DNA of 64,000 nucleotides from Podarcis muralis (taxonomy: Eukaryota), in contig NC_135662.1 of NCBI RefSeq assembly GCF_964188315.1, positions 87,234,001 through 87,298,000 on the forward strand, read 5' to 3'. Under the pieces are notes generated by a model. That model saw only the letters and a list, made by a program, of their open reading frames with translations, was not told the origin of the DNA and searched no databases. Positions within the stretch are counted from its first letter, which is position 1, and each line of letters begins with the position of its first letter. Of the stretch, positions 58,990-64,000 are shown one piece after another. A program made the position numbers and the translations under genes.

Positions 58990-61670
58990 TGATTGGCTAA
59001 CAACTTCAGGCCAAATCCAGCAGCCAACTGCATGCAGAAGCCTTGTGCTCTACTGCAGGGCCAGCCTTGATAGTAGGCGGAGTGAAGTGGCTGCCTCAGG
59101 CACAGATGTTGGGCAATGTACAGTTGTGAGGTGTCTGAGGGGGAGAGAACTGGGTGCCACATTGCCTGCCCAGTGACCCCTGAGCAAGCTTGCTGCCTTC
59201 ATGTGTGCTGACCTTTTTGCCAGTGTTGATGTGAAATTTAGTAGCTGTGTCTACTAGGACAACATTTTTCCTTCCCCTCAGGGAGCAAAATACCTTCTTG
59301 GACAATGCAGATTAAATGGTAAAAAAAACCAAAAAAAAACCACATTCGTTTTTTTAACACACATGAAGAGATAAGTGAGAAAGAACACAAACCACATCCT
59401 TGGTTGTTTCTTTTAGTTTCTTTGTGGTCATGCCAGCCTAAAATTAATTGATTTATGTGGACAGTTGACTTCCCCACCCCAGAAGATTAAAAAAAACACA
59501 GGCCTGTTGAAACTGGAAATTCAAGTCTGTACATTCCCCACTCACTCCTTATCTATGAAGGGAACATGATGGAACTGGTTTTCAATACAACAGAAAATGC
59601 ATATTCATTGCATGTATAGCCACTCACAATTTGTATGCTACAAGTGCCTCCTTGTGTTTTGGCATTCCCTCCATGTTACTGAAATACATTTACAGTACTA
59701 ACCTTTGTGGGCCTTGGTAAAAAACCAGATCTAGTATTATTTACATAGATCCTCATGAATTTGCATGAGTTTTATATACAAAGCATACAAATTGGTAAAA
59801 ATGCAAACAAAAATAAGCTTAAAAGCACTATCAGAACATTATCAGTACTGCACTGCCAATATAAAAATTAGCACAGGACAGCCCAAAATCCAGTACAAAG
59901 CAGCACTCAGGAATGTGAAGTCCCTGTTTGCTTTTTATACCACATTAACCACATGCTGTCTGCTCTGAATAGGAGCCAGTGTGGGGTTGAGTAGTTTGGT
60001 CTACTTATCTTGTTTTTCTGTAAGGTGGTGGCTGGAATACTAACAAATACCATCCTCTGCCCGGGAGCTAGCCTGACTTTCAGGAAGTGTGTGCAGGATG
60101 GACATGTGGAATTAGTAAAACAAATGTAGCTGCTGGGCTACTTTTGACAATAATGCCTTCTGCCTGTTATTTTTCGGAAATGAACCTGAAAGTTGAGATC
60201 ACTTTCCATCTCACTGTTTCCCAATTTGGAGCTCTTTGTTATGTAATCTTCCTGTGTTGGAAGTTCCTCAAAAGGCTTGTAAAATTCTGTTAAAATAACT
60301 AGAAGCAGATTGGGAGGAAGAACTCAGCTGGAAAATTAAAACTGAGTAATCTTTGCTGCTACTGAACACAACAGGACAGTTACTAAGATATCGTGTTGTG
60401 TGTGGAAAGGAACAGAAGGAGATCTGTGGCAGATCTGTGGCAGAAACGAGTCTCAACTTCCAGAGCAGTTGGTAGGTGACTTTTAGCTTTGTTGTTGAAA
60501 TGCCATTTTTCTCCTCTTAAGCACTAGAGGGCCATTCTGGCACATGTACAGCACAATCCTGTACGTATTATCCGCATATTTTCAGAAGTAAGCCCTGCCA
60601 CCCGCCCGCCGTGTTCAGTGGTAGCTTTCTTCCAGCTAAGTATGCAAAAGCATTTTGTGATTCTGACATACCTTGCTGGTAAAGAAATGCCATCTCATAC
60701 GCTACACTACTTTCCAGTTCTATTTTAGCTTTGTGGCCTACTTCTGAACATAGCAATATTTAAATAGATTTCAGTTCCAGGAGAGCACTATAACTGGCAG
60801 AATGCAAAAAACCCCAGACACGAACATTATTATTTTCTAAGGATGAACTATACGTAGTCAGTGGTTGTGGGTCTTCCAGGAAAAAACTGCACATGCAAAC
60901 AGGGTGATTTGTATATAGTGATTATCTGATGCCCTTAGAGAGTGATTTCATTTAGCACGTTTATTTTTACTTGTACTGTATTTAGTAAAGAAAGCTATGA
61001 ACTTTGATAGGGTCAAGCTTGTCTAATAATTAGTTGCAATTGGCACCCATTGTTATTAAAGAACTTGTGAAATGTAAACTTTTCTGCAGAAAAGTTAAGC
61101 CCTGGAAAATTTTGTGTCCCACATCACTGAATGCAACCATAAACCAAGAGTGTCATTTGTGTCACATTTCTCTCAACAATAGGCTTGTTAGGAGTGTTTC
61201 CTTGGCTATGTGTTATTTGAAGTAATTAAAAGTATCCAGGGGAAAGATCCTCTCCTCTCCCCATCTCCTCATTGCTCACAAACACAAAACCCATCTCCTG
61301 TTTGTTTTGTTAAGTAGTGAGCAGCAATTTCCTTGCCTACCCTCTCACTGAGGCAAGTGTCCCATTTCTGACTGCAGGTGGCACTTCATGAGACTGAATG
61401 CCTTTCCATGCAGAAAATAAAATCAAATAATCATTGTACATGGAAAACTTGTCTATCAGGACAAAGGGCTCTAGCTTCTCCCTGGGCTGCTAGTTTTCTG
61501 TGTGAGGGAAGTTTTTGCACACACCACTATTTCACATGGTGTGAGCCTGTGAGGTCTATGTTTCGGCTGGAAATGCAGATGGGGCTGAGCCAGGAGGGGA
61601 AACTGGCATAGTGGCGAGTGGCATCACAAGGCCAAACCTGCACTGTGTCTCCATTATAGTTTCTAGAGGG

Positions 61671-62135
61671 AAGGAAGGGCATCTTTTTATATGCGGCGGC
61701 GGCAGCAAGAGTTCTGATCGCGGCAAAATGGAAGAGTAATGAAATCCCCTCTATACAAGACTGGATCCAAAAGCTGACAGAATATGCTAAATTAGACGGT
61801 CTATCAGAAAAAATAAAGAATAAATCAAAACAGGAATTTGTTTCAAAATGGGAGGTTTTCAAAGAATATTTGAAAAATAAATATAGTTGTTTAAATTCTG
61901 TAGCAGCATTCGAGGAACTTCAGTATTAGTTGCAAGGTGGATATAAGAAACTAGATATATTAAGAAAAAGTTTAATTATGATAAAAGTGTGTAATGGCAA
62001 TAATATGAAATCGAAATATGGAATAGACGGGAGGTTGGGTCTTTAGTGTTAAGACCAAGTTTTATTGTTTGTTAAGAAAATTATGTGTCTATGGTTATTA
62101 CTGTGTGTATTTGTGTTTTTTCTTTTTTCTTGTGT

Positions 62136-62194
<59 letters not shown>

Positions 62195-62203
62195 GTGTGT
62201 GTG
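61671..62203 (+). mobile_element. 5'-truncated L1-type LINE with (TA)n(TG)n tail
   Basis: 14-bp TSD TAGTTTCTAGAGGG at 61657-61670 and 62204-62217; open frame 61672-61929 (FLYAAAAARVLIAAKWK...IPSIQDWIQKL...KWEVFKEYL). Confidence 0.85.
62137..62192. repeat. (TA)n microsatellite forming the L1 tail
   Basis: Read directly. Confidence 0.95.
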
Positions 62204-62509
62204 TAGTTTCTAGAGGGTCTCGGGTGCCATGCTACCTCTCCCATCCCCACTAGCAAAGGAATCCAGAATGGGAAAATAGACAAAACCTCAGAGGTGTGTG
62301 GCATTACTTGGAGTACGTTGTTCCCACTGACTTCCCATGCGATCTGTCAAATCCTGCAGCATACAGATGGTTGCTGACACTTTAGGAAATAATGTTGTGA
62401 TTTAACTGTGACTTTTCTGGCATGTGCTTTTGTAAACCAATAAAATCTTTAACAATTTTTTTTAAAAAAACACAACAACTGTGGCTTTTCTCTTTTCAGG
62501 GTTTGCATC

Positions 62510-63871
62510 ATGCTCAGAACTCAGGCCTTTGTGTTCTCCCTTCTCCTGGGACTGGAACTCCCCAAAGCAAAAGCCAACTGTAACTTTACAGAGTCCCAAC
62601 GTCACTGTGTTTGTTCACTAGAGGCGAATAACTTCATTCAGTGCCTTCCAGCCACCACATATGAGCTTCGAGGAGGAAATCTGGAACAATTTGCAGGTTC
62701 TTCTGGAATGAAGCCAAACCCACAGATAACTGACATTCTGGAGGCCCTGCTAGTTCGCAAGCTCATATTTACAGACCTCATTGTGCCAGAGGTTCTCGTG
62801 CCAGGGTCCCTGCAATTTCTTTCCTACACGCAGGTCTCAGAACTTGAATTTGTAAACTGTACTTTCCTTAGAGCCACTGACTGGAGCCTCAAAGGTGGGC
62901 TGGACTTGAAGGTTTCTTCCTTGCGCTTTCACAAAGTGACAGCTGCCCCCCTGGATGACAGACTGAACATGTCCCGCCTGAGAAGGTGGCTGGAGACCCT
63001 GCAGAATCTGACAGTTACAGAGTCACAAGTCACATCTGTCCCGTGCGAAATTAGCAAGATGTTCACATCGTTGCATTTACTGGATGTTTCGGGAAACAAT
63101 TTCCAGGACCAAACCATGAAGTCAACATTCTGCGAAGGGGTTTTCCTGCAACTCCAAATCTTAAAACTCCACCATAACAATCTGACCTCTTTTGAGACTG
63201 TGTGCAAGACTCTTGGCCATCTCAAGATGCTCACTCACTTAGACCTAAGTCAGAATAACTTTCAGCCCCGAGTCTTTTCCTCCTCCTGCAGGTGGCCACA
63301 TTCACTTCAAATTTTTAATTTGTCCAGTACAGGGTTAGAGCAAATAGGTAGCTCTCTGCCACCCAACATTGAGATATTAGACCTGAGTGCCAATAACATT
63401 TTTACCCTTGACTTCTCACTCCCTGCCTTGAAAGAGCTCTACCTGTCCAAAAACAGGCTGCAAACTGTTCCCTCACTTGACAGGCTTCCTAGTTTGCAGG
63501 TCCTCAGTCTTGATCAAAACCAGATCTCACAGCTTCCCAGCAACCATCTCCTGCGTCTGCAGAGCTTGAAAGCTGGCCACAATCTCTACAATTGCTCTTG
63601 TTCAAGGGATATCCAGGACTTAGCAGCAAAACCATCATTACTGCCTGATTGGCCTCAGGATTATATATGCCATTCCCCTCTCAATTACCAGGGCTCCCTG
63701 GTAAAAAATGCACATTTTTCATCACTGCAGTGCAAGGCTCTGGTCACTCGTGGCTCAATATTCAACTTGCTGATATGCCTTCACCTTGTTTTTCTGTTTG
63801 CTTTCAGTGCTACAATTTCTGGACATTTTCTTTCAGCAATTCTGAACTGTTGGGAATCGTCAGGGAGCTAA
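62510..63871 (+). CDS. CD14: CD14 (LRR pattern-recognition co-receptor), 453 aa, single coding exon
   Basis: Signal peptide, N-terminal Cys cap (C...HCVC...QC...YELRGGNLEQF) resembling CD14, LRRs, LRR-CT and a hydrophobic tail; no TIR domain. Acceptor TTTTCAG ends at 62499. Syntenic position next to TMCO6. Confidence 0.92.
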   Translation: MLRTQAFVFSLLLGLELPKAKANCNFTESQRHCVCSLEANNFIQCLPATTYELRGGNLEQFAGSSGMKPNPQITDILEALLVRKLIFTDLIVPEVLVPGSLQFLSYTQVSELEFVNCTFLRATDWSLKGGLDLKVSSLRFHKVTAAPLDDRLNMSRLRRWLETLQNLTVTESQVTSVPCEISKMFTSLHLLDVSGNNFQDQTMKSTFCEGVFLQLQILKLHHNNLTSFETVCKTLGHLKMLTHLDLSQNNFQPRVFSSSCRWPHSLQIFNLSSTGLEQIGSSLPPNIEILDLSANNIFTLDFSLPALKELYLSKNRLQTVPSLDRLPSLQVLSLDQNQISQLPSNHLLRLQSLKAGHNLYNCSCSRDIQDLAAKPSLLPDWPQDYICHSPLNYQGSLVKNAHFSSLQCKALVTRGSIFNLLICLHLVFLFAFSATISGHFLSAILNCWESSGS

Positions 63872-64000
63872 CAAGCAGATCACAATTGATTGTGGCATAA
63901 ATTAAGTGTAAGCTACTCGACTGGGCTAGATTGAATCGTATTTGTACATTTTGTACTGTATTTTATGATACTATTTTATGACACTGCCTGTGTGGTGTAG

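Noticed and set aside
59000-62499. Search for the CD14 first exon
   Set aside because: A phase-0 ATG exon as in mammals would be out of frame with the acceptor at 62500, and candidate donors near 61352 and 61378 are unsupported; not called.
1-64000. tRNA, snoRNA, vault RNA, rRNA and CRISPR-like arrays
   Set aside because: The only A/B-box sequences found are SINE heads; no convincing C/D or H/ACA pairs and no spacer-repeat arrays were seen by eye.

Overview
Vertebrate genomic DNA from a squamate, probably a lacertid lizard (inferred from Sauria SINEs and lizard-type MITEs). It carries the gene block known from human 5q31 in the same order and relative orientation: HARS1 (+, 3' part only), DND1 (+), WDR55 (-), IK/RED (-), NDUFA2 (+), TMCO6 (-), CD14 (+). 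I traced the coding exons by hand. Splice phases agree, and most exon lengths match the mammalian orthologues as I recall them. Repeats include Sauria SINEs, Tc1/mariner- and hAT-type MITEs, L1, L2, CR1, RTE and Rex1/Babar fragments and microsatellites; there is one 168-N assembly gap. Main observations: (1) a composite SINE insertion with one target-site duplication that captured a copy of the TMCO6 exon 2/intron 2 splice junction from 2.6 kb away; (2) a U12-type AT-AC intron and a duplicated 5' splice site in IK; (3) DND1 exon 3 reading in frame into an intronic L2 that is followed by AATAAA; (4) a long CD14 with a TLR2-like LRR-CT cap and a hydrophobic tail; (5) a TSD-flanked L1 just upstream of the CD14 coding exon. 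No database search was run; family and orthologue calls rest on recognised motifs and synteny.
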